DNA of 40,411 nt from Sideroxydans sp. (GTDB lineage Bacteria; Pseudomonadota; Gammaproteobacteria; Burkholderiales; Gallionellaceae): the NCBI GenBank assembly GCA_020053195.1, contig JAGVNQ010000118.1, positions 1-40,411 of the forward strand. The letters are read 5' to 3'. The notes under the pieces are model-generated. The model did no database searches, was not told the origin of the DNA, and saw nothing but the letters and a program-made list of their open reading frames with translations. Each line of letters begins with the position of its first letter. Position 1 is the first letter of the stretch. Positions 20,950-29,351 of this stretch are shown piece after piece. The position numbers were made by a program, and so were the translations under genes.

Positions 20950-21297
20950 TCATTCAAGTTCCTTATCAAGCAGCCCCTTTTGTTCTGCTTCGTACTTGAG
21001 CTCCTCAATTTCTTTGCGAAGCTGTTCATATTCACATAATTTTATTTGCAAAAACTCTACGGTCATTCGTGCTTTTTGTTCAACTCCGCGCGGAGTTAAC
21101 AGATACGCATAAGCCAACTTATTTTCGCTATTGCGAAAGTTGTTGATCTTGAGGCTGCCTTTTTCCACCAGCGCATTCAAACAGAAATTGATTTTGCCAA
21201 GGCTGACACCCAGCCGTTTCGCCAAATCTCTTTGCGAAAGTCCGGGGTTTTCTTCCAGGGTCTTGAGCAGACCGTAATGGGTGGCTTCGTCTAGCAT
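20950..21297 (-). CDS. EPS-associated MarR-family transcriptional regulator
   Basis: SQRDLAKRLGVSLGKINFCL HTH and YAYLLTPRG; ATG 21297 preferred because ATG 21330 lies in the predicted -10 box. Confidence 0.9.
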   Translation of the reverse strand: MLDEATHYGLLKTLEENPGLSQRDLAKRLGVSLGKINFCLNALVEKGSLKINNFRNSENKLAYAYLLTPRGVEQKARMTVEFLQIKLCEYEQLRKEIEELKYEAEQKGLLDKELE

Positions 21298-21305
21298 TGA
21301 TAGTG

Positions 21306-21322
21306 TGTTCAATCTGTGAACA
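21306..21322. promoter_or_regulatory. Putative operator of the MarR regulator
   Basis: Perfect inverted repeat TGTTCA-N5-TGAACA between the predicted -10 box and the start codon. Confidence 0.6.
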
Positions 21323-21328
21323 GTGCGC

Positions 21329-21358
21329 ATTACATCAGTTGCAGGCGAAGGGTGTCAA
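21329..21358 (-). promoter_or_regulatory. Sigma-70 promoter of the polysaccharide cluster
   Basis: TTGACA (21358-21353)-N18-TGTAAT (21334-21329). Confidence 0.6.
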
Positions 21359-21413
21359 GCGGGGAAATCCGCTCGTGTATCATGGCGACCTTGTTTCCGC
21401 TTAAAGCCTCTGC

Positions 21414-22379
21414 ATGCATACCGCGCCGAAAATCGTTCTGATTAAAACTTCCTCGCTGGGCGATGTTTTGCACAATCTCCCGGTAGTGACCGATATTTGC
21501 CGAAACATTCCCGATGCGCGCATTGACTGGATTGTGGAAGAAAGTTTTGCGGCTTTGCCCGCGCTGCATCCGAAAGTGAAATGTGTCATCCCGGTCGCTA
21601 TAAGGCGCTGGCGTAAATCCTGGCTGGCTGCGCGTGGTGAGATTCAAGCTGTTCGCCATAAACTGCGCGACCGCCATTACGACTTTGCACTGGATACTCA
21701 AGGCCTGCTGAAAAGTGCGCTAATCACTCATTTCACTCACACCAAGCTTTGCGGCTACGACTGGAAAAGCGCACGCGAGCCGCTAGCTAGCTGGTTCTAT
21801 GACTGCACTTATGCTGTCCCCAAGGATCAACATGCAGTGGAACGCAACCGTCAGCTCGCCGCCGCTGCTCTCGGCTATACCGCGCTTGGCGCGCCGGACT
21901 ACGGTATTTGCACGCCGGAGATTGCGCTGCCATGGTTACCGAACAAGGCTTATGTTGTGTTACTGCACGCCACCAGCCGCGACGATAAATTGTGGGACGA
22001 ACATAACTGGATCGCGCTGGGCAAACATTTGCACCAAGCCGGATTGAATTCTATTTTGCCTTGGGGCAACGCACAGGAAAAAACACGAGGCGAACGTTTG
22101 TGCGCCGCCATTCCAGAATCCATCTGTGCGCCGCGTCTGAACTTGAACGAAGCTGCCGCCTTGTTGGGCAAGGCGCGTGCCGTGGTCGGCGTGGATACCG
22201 GCTTGAGCCATCTAGCTGCCGCACTTGATGTGCCCACTATCGGCATCTACACCGCCACCGACCCCGGCCTGACTGGGCTGTATGCCGGGGCGCGCGCCGT
22301 TAATCTTGGCGGCAAGGCGGCATCGCCTTCGGTTGATGCTGTGATCGTAAAGCTCACCGAACTGGACATCTATGCTTAA
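21414..22379 (+). CDS. waaC: LPS heptosyltransferase I
   Basis: KTSSLGDVLH, DTQGLLKSA, HAVERNR, HATSR, GVDTGLSHLAAA (GT9). Confidence 0.95.
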   Translation: MHTAPKIVLIKTSSLGDVLHNLPVVTDICRNIPDARIDWIVEESFAALPALHPKVKCVIPVAIRRWRKSWLAARGEIQAVRHKLRDRHYDFALDTQGLLKSALITHFTHTKLCGYDWKSAREPLASWFYDCTYAVPKDQHAVERNRQLAAAALGYTALGAPDYGICTPEIALPWLPNKAYVVLLHATSRDDKLWDEHNWIALGKHLHQAGLNSILPWGNAQEKTRGERLCAAIPESICAPRLNLNEAAALLGKARAVVGVDTGLSHLAAALDVPTIGIYTATDPGLTGLYAGARAVNLGGKAASPSVDAVIVKLTELDIYA

Positions 22380-23652
22380 TCCGCGCGCAATTTACTCGCT
22401 GGGTTTATGGCTGTTGCTGCCTTATGTTTGGTTACATTTGTGGTGGCGCGCGCGCAAACAGCCCGAGTATTTGCAACACGTAGCCGAGCGCTTCGGTTTT
22501 TATGCTGCTCGCAACGACAAGCCTGTCCTCTGGCTACACACCGTGTCGGTCGGCGAAACACGCGCCGCCGCCACCTTGGTGCAGCGTTTGCGTAAGCAGT
22601 ATCCCGACCACCAGATTTTGCTCACCCACACCACGCCCACCGGGCGCGCTGCCAGCGAACAGCTTTACGGCGACGAAGTAATCCGCGTCTATCTGCCTTA
22701 CGATTATCCGTTTGCTGTGCGCCGCTTCTTGCGCCATTTTCAGCCGCGCATCGGTATCCTGCTGGAAACGGAAATCTGGTTCAATCTGGTGCATCTTTGC
22801 CATACCTCGAACACCCCGTTGTTGCTGCTCAACGCGCGTTTGTCGGAAAAATCAGCGGCGCGTTATGCGCGTATTTCCAAATTAATTCGTTCGGGTTTGC
22901 AGGAACTCAACCTTATCGCGGCGCAGACTGAAGACGATGCCATGCGCCTGGCAAAATTGGGTAGCCGCGCGGTATCGGTCATGGGTAATCTGAAATTCGA
23001 CATCGCACCGCCCGAAGAAATGTTGCGGCTTGGCGCTCGTTTGCGTCAACTATTTGGTGAACAACGCCCGGTCTTTCTCGCCGCCAGCACGCGCGAAGGC
23101 GAAGAGGTGCTGCTGCTGGATGCGCTACAGCAGGCGCATATAGACAACCTGCTCACCGTAATCGTGCCGCGCCATCCGCAACGCTTTGACGAAGTTGCTG
23201 CACTAATCGAACAACATGGCTTGCGCATGCAACGCCGTAGCGAAAACGTCGCCATCGCCGCCGATACGCAAGTCGTTCTCGGAGACAGCATGGGCGAAAT
23301 GTTCGCCTACTATGCGGCCTGCGATGTGGCTTTTATCGGCGGCAGCTTGCTACCTTTCGGCGGGCAAAACCTGATCGAAGCCTGCGCAGAGGGCAAGCCC
23401 GTATTCATCGGGGCACACACCTATAACTTTGCCCAAGCCAGCGAACTCGCCCTTGCCTGCGGTGCTGCGTTACGAGTCAATGATGCTGACGACCTTGTTC
23501 TTCAATTGAATACATTGCTGCGGCAAACCAATCGCTTGCAACAGATGGGACGTGACGGCGAACGTTTTGTTTGCGACAATCGCGGCGCAACCGAGCGGGC
23601 GATGACGCATATTACAGCGACTTTGAACCTACCTACATCCACGAATTCCTAA
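22372..23652 (+). CDS. waaA: Kdo transferase
   Basis: [43 protein letters not shown]. Confidence 0.96.
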   Translation: MLNPRAIYSLGLWLLLPYVWLHLWWRARKQPEYLQHVAERFGFYAARNDKPVLWLHTVSVGETRAAATLVQRLRKQYPDHQILLTHTTPTGRAASEQLYGDEVIRVYLPYDYPFAVRRFLRHFQPRIGILLETEIWFNLVHLCHTSNTPLLLLNARLSEKSAARYARISKLIRSGLQELNLIAAQTEDDAMRLAKLGSRAVSVMGNLKFDIAPPEEMLRLGARLRQLFGEQRPVFLAASTREGEEVLLLDALQQAHIDNLLTVIVPRHPQRFDEVAALIEQHGLRMQRRSENVAIAADTQVVLGDSMGEMFAYYAACDVAFIGGSLLPFGGQNLIEACAEGKPVFIGAHTYNFAQASELALACGAALRVNDADDLVLQLNTLLRQTNRLQQMGRDGERFVCDNRGATERAMTHITATLNLPTSTNS

Positions 23653-23662
23653 AATTTTTCTT

Positions 23663-24730
23663 ATGAAAACCATCCTCGTTACCGGCGGTGCCGGATTCAT
23701 CGGCTCCGCAGTTGTGCGCCAATTCATCAATGACACCGAGCATCGCGTAGTTAATCTGGACAAGCTGACTTATGCGGGCAACCTGCAATCGCTGGCTTCG
23801 GTTTCAGACAATCCGCGATACCGCTTCGAGCAAGTAGATATTTGCGATGCGACCGAACTGGCGCGCGTATTCCGCGAACACCAGCCGGATGCGGTGATGC
23901 ACCTGGCTGCCGAGTCGCATGTGGATCGCTCCATTTCCGGGCCAGCCGCCTTCATCCAGACCAACATTGTCGGCACTTACACCTTACTGGAAGCCGCGCG
24001 CACGCACTGGAACACGCTGAATGCCGAACGCAAAGCCGCGTTCCGCTTCCACCACATTTCCACCGATGAAGTGTATGGCAGTCTGGGCGAAACCGGTTTC
24101 TTCACCGAAGACATGCCGTACGAACCCAATTCGCCTTACTCAGCAAGTAAAGCGTCAAGCGACCATCTGGTACGCGCCTGGCATCACACTTACGGTTTCC
24201 CCGTGGTCACCACCAACTGCTCCAACAACTACGGCCCGTACCACTTCCCCGAAAAACTCATTCCGCTGGTGATCCTCAATGCGGTCAACGGCAAGCCGCT
24301 GCCCATTTACGGCAAAGGCGACAACATCCGCGATTGGTTATATGTGGACGACCATGCGCGCGCGTTGCGTCTGGTATTGGAGAAGGGCAAGCTGGGCGAA
24401 ACTTACAACATCGGCGGCTGGAACGAAAAAACCAACTTGCAAGTAGTGCAGTCCATCTGCTCGATTCTGGACGAACTGCACCCGCAAGGCGCGCCGCACA
24501 ACAAGCTCATCACCTACGTGACCGACCGTCCCGGTCACGACCAGCGCTACGCAATTAATGCCAACAAAATCGCGCGCGATTTGGGTTGGAAACCTCTGGA
24601 AAATTTTGAATCCGGCCTGCGCAAAACAGTCGAGTGGTATTTATCCAACGACGCTTGGGTCAAGGGGGTCACCAGCGGCGAATATCAAAACTGGGTTCAG
24701 TCCAACTACACCAACAGGAGTGCAGCATGA
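23663..24730 (+). CDS. rfbB: dTDP-glucose 4,6-dehydratase (RmlB)
   Basis: [37 protein letters not shown]. Confidence 0.97.
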   Translation: MKTILVTGGAGFIGSAVVRQFINDTEHRVVNLDKLTYAGNLQSLASVSDNPRYRFEQVDICDATELARVFREHQPDAVMHLAAESHVDRSISGPAAFIQTNIVGTYTLLEAARTHWNTLNAERKAAFRFHHISTDEVYGSLGETGFFTEDMPYEPNSPYSASKASSDHLVRAWHHTYGFPVVTTNCSNNYGPYHFPEKLIPLVILNAVNGKPLPIYGKGDNIRDWLYVDDHARALRLVLEKGKLGETYNIGGWNEKTNLQVVQSICSILDELHPQGAPHNKLITYVTDRPGHDQRYAINANKIARDLGWKPLENFESGLRKTVEWYLSNDAWVKGVTSGEYQNWVQSNYTNRSAA

Positions 24731-25602
24731 AAGGCATCATCCTCGCCGGCGGTTCCGGCACACGGCTCTATCCGGTCACGCAAACCATTTCCAAACAACT
24801 GCTGCCGGTGTATGACAAGCCGATGATTTACCATCCGCTGACCACGCTGATGCTGTCCGGCATCCGCGATGTACTGGTGATTTCCACCCCGCAAGATACG
24901 CCGCGCTTCGAACAACTGTTGGGCGACGGCGCGCAGTGGGGCATGAATTTCAGTTATGCGGTGCAGCCTTCGCCGGACGGCTTGGCGCAGTCGTTCATCA
25001 TCGGCGAATCGTTTATCGGTAACGATGCCTGCTCGCTGGTGTTGGGCGACAACATTTTCTACGGCCACGCTTTTGATACCCTGCTCACTCCCGCTGCCGC
25101 CAAAACCAGCGGAGCCACGGTTTTCGCTTACCACGTGCACGACCCCGAGCGTTACGGCGTGGTCGATTTCGACGCGTCGGGTCGCGCGCTCAGCATCGAA
25201 GAAAAACCGCTCAAACCGAAATCCAATTACGCCGTCACCGGCTTGTATTTCTACGACAACGATGTGGTACAAATCGCCAAGTCAATCAAACCTTCCGCGC
25301 GCGGCGAACTGGAAATCACCACGGTGAATCAGGTGTATCTGGATCACGGCAAACTGGATGTACAGTTGATGGGGCGCGGCTACGCGTGGCTGGATACCGG
25401 CACGCACGAGTCGCTGCTGGAAGCCTCCATGTTCATTCAGACGCTGGAAAAACGTCAGGGATTGAAGATCGCCTGCCCCGAGGAAATCGCCTATCGCAAA
25501 GGTTACATTACTGCCGAGCAACTGGAAAAGTTGATCGCCCCGTTGGCCAAAAACGGCTACGGCCAATATCTGCAACGCCTGTTGCAGGAAGAGCGACGTT
25601 AA
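24727..25602 (+). CDS. rfbA: Glucose-1-phosphate thymidylyltransferase (RmlA)
   Basis: [33 protein letters not shown]; start ATG 24727 (ATGA overlap, AGGAG RBS). Confidence 0.97.
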   Translation: MKGIILAGGSGTRLYPVTQTISKQLLPVYDKPMIYHPLTTLMLSGIRDVLVISTPQDTPRFEQLLGDGAQWGMNFSYAVQPSPDGLAQSFIIGESFIGNDACSLVLGDNIFYGHAFDTLLTPAAAKTSGATVFAYHVHDPERYGVVDFDASGRALSIEEKPLKPKSNYAVTGLYFYDNDVVQIAKSIKPSARGELEITTVNQVYLDHGKLDVQLMGRGYAWLDTGTHESLLEASMFIQTLEKRQGLKIACPEEIAYRKGYITAEQLEKLIAPLAKNGYGQYLQRLLQEERR

Positions 25603-26150
25603 TGCAAGTCGTCACCACCTCCATTGCCGGTTTGCTTATCATTGAGCCCAAAGTGTTCGGCGATGACCGGGGATTCTTCTACGAGAGTTTCAACCAGCGC
25701 CGCTTCGCCGAATTGACCGGCGTGACCGACGCTTTCGTGCAGGACAACCATTCCAAATCGGCACGCAACGTGCTGCGCGGCTTGCATTATCAGATCCAAC
25801 AAGCGCAAGGCAAACTGGTGCGCGTGACGGCGGGCGAAGTGTTGGACATCGCGGTCGATATTCGCAAAAACTCGCCCAGCTTCGGCCAATGGGAAGGCAT
25901 CATTCTTTCTGCCGAAAATAAAAGAATGTTGTGGATACCCAAGGGGTTCGCCCACGGTTTTGTAGTGAAAAGTGAATCGGCGGAATTTTTGTACAAAACC
26001 ACCGACTATTGGGCACCGGAGCACGAACGCTGCATCGCTTGGAACGATGCCGATCTGGCGATTAACTGGCAGCTTGGCGGGGCGACCCCGCTGCTTTCTG
26101 CCAAAGACAATGCCGGAAAGCCGTTGAAACAAGCCGAGGTGTTTGCGTGA
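25602..26150 (+). CDS. rfbC: dTDP-4-dehydrorhamnose 3,5-epimerase (RmlC)
   Basis: FGDDRGFFYES, FVQDNHS, LRGLHYQ, GFAHGF; start ATG 25602 (TAATG overlap). Confidence 0.96.
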   Translation: MQVVTTSIAGLLIIEPKVFGDDRGFFYESFNQRRFAELTGVTDAFVQDNHSKSARNVLRGLHYQIQQAQGKLVRVTAGEVLDIAVDIRKNSPSFGQWEGIILSAENKRMLWIPKGFAHGFVVKSESAEFLYKTTDYWAPEHERCIAWNDADLAINWQLGGATPLLSAKDNAGKPLKQAEVFA

Positions 26151-27055
26151 AAACCATTTTAGTGACCGGAGCCAACGGCCAGGTGGGCTGGGAATTGCAA
26201 CGCTCACTGGCTTCGCTTGGCCGGGTAATCGCCATCGACCAAACGCAGCTCGACCTGAGCCAGTCCGATGCCATACGCCGCTACGTGCGCGAATGTAAAC
26301 CCGACATCATCGTCAACCCGGCGGCTTACACCGCCGTGGATAAAGCCGAGAGCGAAGCCGAACTGGCGCAGGCGGTGAACGCCACTGCCGCCTCCGTGTT
26401 TGCCGAAGAAGCCAAAAAACTTGATGCCGTGCTGATCCACTATTCCACGGATTATGTTTTTGACGGCAGCAAAACCTCGGCTTACACCGAAGACGACGTA
26501 CCCAATCCGCAAAGCGTTTACGGGCGCACCAAGCTGGCGGGCGAACTCGCCATCCGTGAGGTCGGCGGCAAACACATTATCCTGCGCACCAGCTGGGTGT
26601 TCGGTGTTCATGGCGCGAATTTCATCAAAACGATTTTGCGCCTGGCCAAAGAGCGCAGCGAATTACGCATCGTCGCCGACCAGTTTGGCGCGCCGACCTG
26701 GGCGCGATTGCTGGCGAATTCCACCGCGCAAATTTTGGGGCAATGGCAACAAAAGGATTTCGACAATAACTTGTCCGGTTTGTACCACCTGACCGCAGGC
26801 GGGGGCACCAGTTGGCATTTATACGCCGAAGAAATCGTGCGTTTGGCGCGCCAGTACGACGAAACTCTCCAGCAAAAATCGCTGACCATCCACCCCATCG
26901 CCACCAGCGACTACCCGCTACCGGCCAAACGCCCCGTCAATTCGGAATTATCGAACGACAAAATCAAGCAGGCTTTTGGTTTATTGCAGCCCGCATGGCA
27001 AGCCGATCTGGCTGACTGTGTGGGCGAGATATATTCAGCCGAAGCATCGAAATAA
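26147..27055 (+). CDS. rfbD: dTDP-4-dehydrorhamnose reductase (RmlD)
   Basis: GANGQVG, AAYTAVDKAE, STDYVFDG, YGRTK, DQFGAPT. Confidence 0.96.
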   Translation: MKTILVTGANGQVGWELQRSLASLGRVIAIDQTQLDLSQSDAIRRYVRECKPDIIVNPAAYTAVDKAESEAELAQAVNATAASVFAEEAKKLDAVLIHYSTDYVFDGSKTSAYTEDDVPNPQSVYGRTKLAGELAIREVGGKHIILRTSWVFGVHGANFIKTILRLAKERSELRIVADQFGAPTWARLLANSTAQILGQWQQKDFDNNLSGLYHLTAGGGTSWHLYAEEIVRLARQYDETLQQKSLTIHPIATSDYPLPAKRPVNSELSNDKIKQAFGLLQPAWQADLADCVGEIYSAEASK

Positions 27056-27091
27056 CCCTGTTTTTCAAAGCCACCTCATCGCCAAGCCAAT

Positions 27092-27131
27092 AAAAACGGC
27101 CATCTACATGAAGTGCATCATGTAGATGGCC
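27092..27131 (-). terminator. Intrinsic terminator between convergent rmlD and tolC
   Basis: 14-bp perfect stem GGCCATCTACATGA-N6-TCATGTAGATGGCC (27098-27131) followed on the - strand by GTTTTT. Confidence 0.75.
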
Positions 27132-27158
27132 TATTGACGGGCGTTCCCGTGATGTTGC

Positions 27159-28469
27159 TTAGTGCAAAGCCAGATTTACCCGGTTCAAATCGGCTTCGTT
27201 CAATTGGCCGACCGCTGCCTTCAAACGCAAGTGGCTGACCAGATAGTTGTATTGCGCCTGATACAAATCGCGGCGGGTGGCAAACAGTTGTTGCTGCGCG
27301 TTGAGCACATCCAGACTGGTGCGCACGCCGACTTCCTGCCCCAGCTTGCTGGCTTCGAGCAGGCTCTGGCTGGATTTCAAAGCTTGTTGCAACGCCTGCA
27401 CTTGCGCGATCCCGCTGACTACGCCGAGATACGCCTGACGGGTTTGCAACTCGACGTTGCGCCGCGTGTTTTCCAAATCCTGTTTGGCTTTTTCGCGGTT
27501 GGCGCTGGCTTCGCGCCATTTGGATTGGGTCGCGCCGCCCTGAAACAGCGGCAGGTTGAGCTGCACGCCGATCGAGGTGCTAGTCGTGTCGGTGGCACCG
27601 TAAATGCCACCGCTCGCCTTGTTCTTGGCGTAGTTCGCCACCAGATCAACCGTGGGCAAATGGCCGCCGCGATTGCGCGCCACTTCCTGCTCCGCCAACT
27701 CGAAACCCGCCTGCGCCATGGCGATTTGATAATTGCCGAGCAGCGCATCGGACACCCATTTTTGCGCATCGGAAGGCTCGGGTGTTTCCAGTTTAAACGC
27801 CGCGCCCAGCACGTTCAGCTCTTTGACTTCGCCGTTGACCAATTGCTGCAACGTGCGCTGTTTGACTTCGAGATTGTTCGCGGCCACCAGCTCCTGTGCC
27901 ACGATCAAGTCGTAACGTGCTTGCGCTTCGTGCGTGTCGGTGATGGTGGCTGTGCCAACTTCAAAATTGCGCTTGGCCTGCTCCAATTGTTGCGCGATGG
28001 CGGACTTCTGCGCGGCGGTGAGTTGCACCGTGTCCTGCGCGATCAGCACGTCGAAATAAGTTTGCGCGCTGCGCAGGATGACATCCTGTTCGGCCAGTTT
28101 GAACTGCGCTTCGGAAATCGCCACCTGCAACTCGGCCTGGTTATACATCGCCCAGTTCTGTTCGCGGAACAGCGGCTGCACCAGGCTCACACCGTAACCG
28201 TTGGTATTGTATTGGCCGCTGTAGGATGAGGCACCCGAATAAGTCAGATCGTTGCTGGTCGTGTTCGCGCTCAGATTGACGCTGGGCAGCAGCAGTGAGC
28301 GTCCCTGCGTCAGCTTCTCCTGTCCCGCCTGCTGCGCCGCGCGCGCGGATGCGAACACCGCGTCCTGGCTTTGTGCCGCGTGATAAATCTCGATCAGATC
28401 GACCGCTTGCGCTTGGGTCTGAAAACCCAGCGCCAGCAACACGCTTAAAGCTGTTTTGGTCAGTTTCAT
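27159..28469 (-). CDS. tolC: TolC-family outer membrane channel
   Basis: Signal peptide ending AQA-VDL, QPLF, RNFEVG, GVRTSLDVLNAQ; ATG 28469 with GGAG RBS. Confidence 0.93.
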   Translation of the reverse strand: MKLTKTALSVLLALGFQTQAQAVDLIEIYHAAQSQDAVFASARAAQQAGQEKLTQGRSLLLPSVNLSANTTSNDLTYSGASSYSGQYNTNGYGVSLVQPLFREQNWAMYNQAELQVAISEAQFKLAEQDVILRSAQTYFDVLIAQDTVQLTAAQKSAIAQQLEQAKRNFEVGTATITDTHEAQARYDLIVAQELVAANNLEVKQRTLQQLVNGEVKELNVLGAAFKLETPEPSDAQKWVSDALLGNYQIAMAQAGFELAEQEVARNRGGHLPTVDLVANYAKNKASGGIYGATDTTSTSIGVQLNLPLFQGGATQSKWREASANREKAKQDLENTRRNVELQTRQAYLGVVSGIAQVQALQQALKSSQSLLEASKLGQEVGVRTSLDVLNAQQQLFATRRDLYQAQYNYLVSHLRLKAAVGQLNEADLNRVNLALH

Positions 28470-28568
28470 TTGTTGCTCCAATATTAGAATTCGCTAATAT
28501 TACACGGTAACGGGGGACGATACAACCGGGTGCCACTACCCGATCCAACTCTATAACTTCAATTGAAA

Positions 28569-28592
28569 CAGACCGGGCCAAAGCCCGATCTG
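28569..28592 (-). repeat. Degenerate REP-like hairpin / possible weak terminator after pcm
   Basis: CAGACCGGGC-CAAA-GCCCGATCTG, 10-bp stem with one G-U pair on the - strand; similar to CTAAAGCCCGACCTAC at 16-31. Confidence 0.45.
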
Positions 28593-28614
28593 CGCTAACA
28601 GGGAAAATCCGGCG

Positions 28615-29265
28615 TTAAAACACGAACCGTCTCGGTTGCAACGCATTCTTCAGCGGGGCAACATCGGTCTCGAACAAGGTGGTGGTTTCAAACAGTTCGG
28701 GCGTAACGCGCGTAATCAGTTGCGCCTGCATGGCGGGCGCATCGCCCACCACCACGAACAAACGTCCGCCGACTTTCAACTGGTTTTTATAGGCTTCGGG
28801 CAGCATCGGCACCGAACCGGTGAGCACGATGGCATCGTATTCGGATTCGCCCCATTGCCGCGCGCCATCGCCGACTTGCAGGGTGACATTCTCGATATGC
28901 GCAGTGGCCAGATTGCGCGCCGCGCCCGCACTCAATTCCGCGTCGATTTCCACACTGGTGACTTGCCTGGCCATTTTCGCCAGCAAGGCCGTCACATAGC
29001 CGCTGCCGCTGCCCACTTCCAGCACGCTGTCGGTCGCCTTAAGGCTCAATGCCTGCAACGCGCGCGCTTCCAGTTTCGGCGACCACATGCTCGCGCCGTG
29101 ACCCAGCGAAATTTCGGTATCCACAAAAGCCAGCGCCTTGCTGGCCACCGGCACGAACTGTTCGCGGCGCACCTGTTTGAGCATATCCAAAACACGTGCA
29201 TCCAGCACATCCCATGGGCGAATCTGCTGCTCGATCATATTGAAGCGTGCTTGTTCCAAATTCAT
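28615..29265 (-). CDS. pcm: Protein-L-isoaspartate O-methyltransferase
   Basis: ARFNMIEQQIRPWDV, VLEVGSGSGY, YDAIVLTGS, LKVGGRL; ATG 29265 with GGGAG RBS; usual neighbour of tolC. Confidence 0.92.
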   Translation of the reverse strand: MNLEQARFNMIEQQIRPWDVLDARVLDMLKQVRREQFVPVASKALAFVDTEISLGHGASMWSPKLEARALQALSLKATDSVLEVGSGSGYVTALLAKMARQVTSVEIDAELSAGAARNLATAHIENVTLQVGDGARQWGESEYDAIVLTGSVPMLPEAYKNQLKVGGRLFVVVGDAPAMQAQLITRVTPELFETTTLFETDVAPLKNALQPRRFVF

Positions 29266-29320
29266 TTTTTTCTCCCTCTCCTGTGTGCTGCGAGTATGCG
29301 TGTTATTTGAAGTGCGCGGC

Positions 29321-29349
29321 AGTATAACAACAGCCCTCTGCCGCCTCAA
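29321..29349 (-). promoter_or_regulatory. Sigma-70 promoter for pcm-tolC
   Basis: TTGAGG (29349-29344)-N17-TATACT (29326-29321) with an extended -10 TG. Confidence 0.6.
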
Positions 29350-29351
29350 CC

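Noticed and set aside
19249-20999. + strand ORFs of 296 and 205 aa
   Set aside because: Shadows of rfbG and rfbF.
20919-21413. JUMPStart/ops element
   Set aside because: No GGCGGTAG core seen on the coding strand upstream of the cluster.
21330-21701. 123-aa - strand ORF abutting the MarR gene
   Set aside because: Antisense to waaC, runs through the predicted promoter, and has no motifs.
24634-25601. Extended N-termini for rmlA (24634) and rmlC (25386)
   Set aside because: They overlap upstream genes; canonical starts with stop/start overlaps exist at 24727 and 25602.
27162-28229. 355-aa + strand ORF
   Set aside because: Codon-aligned antisense shadow of tolC.
28505-28525. IVPRY peptide as a rhodanese pseudogene remnant
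   Set aside because: Only a four- to five-residue resemblance with no stop after it; not supportable.
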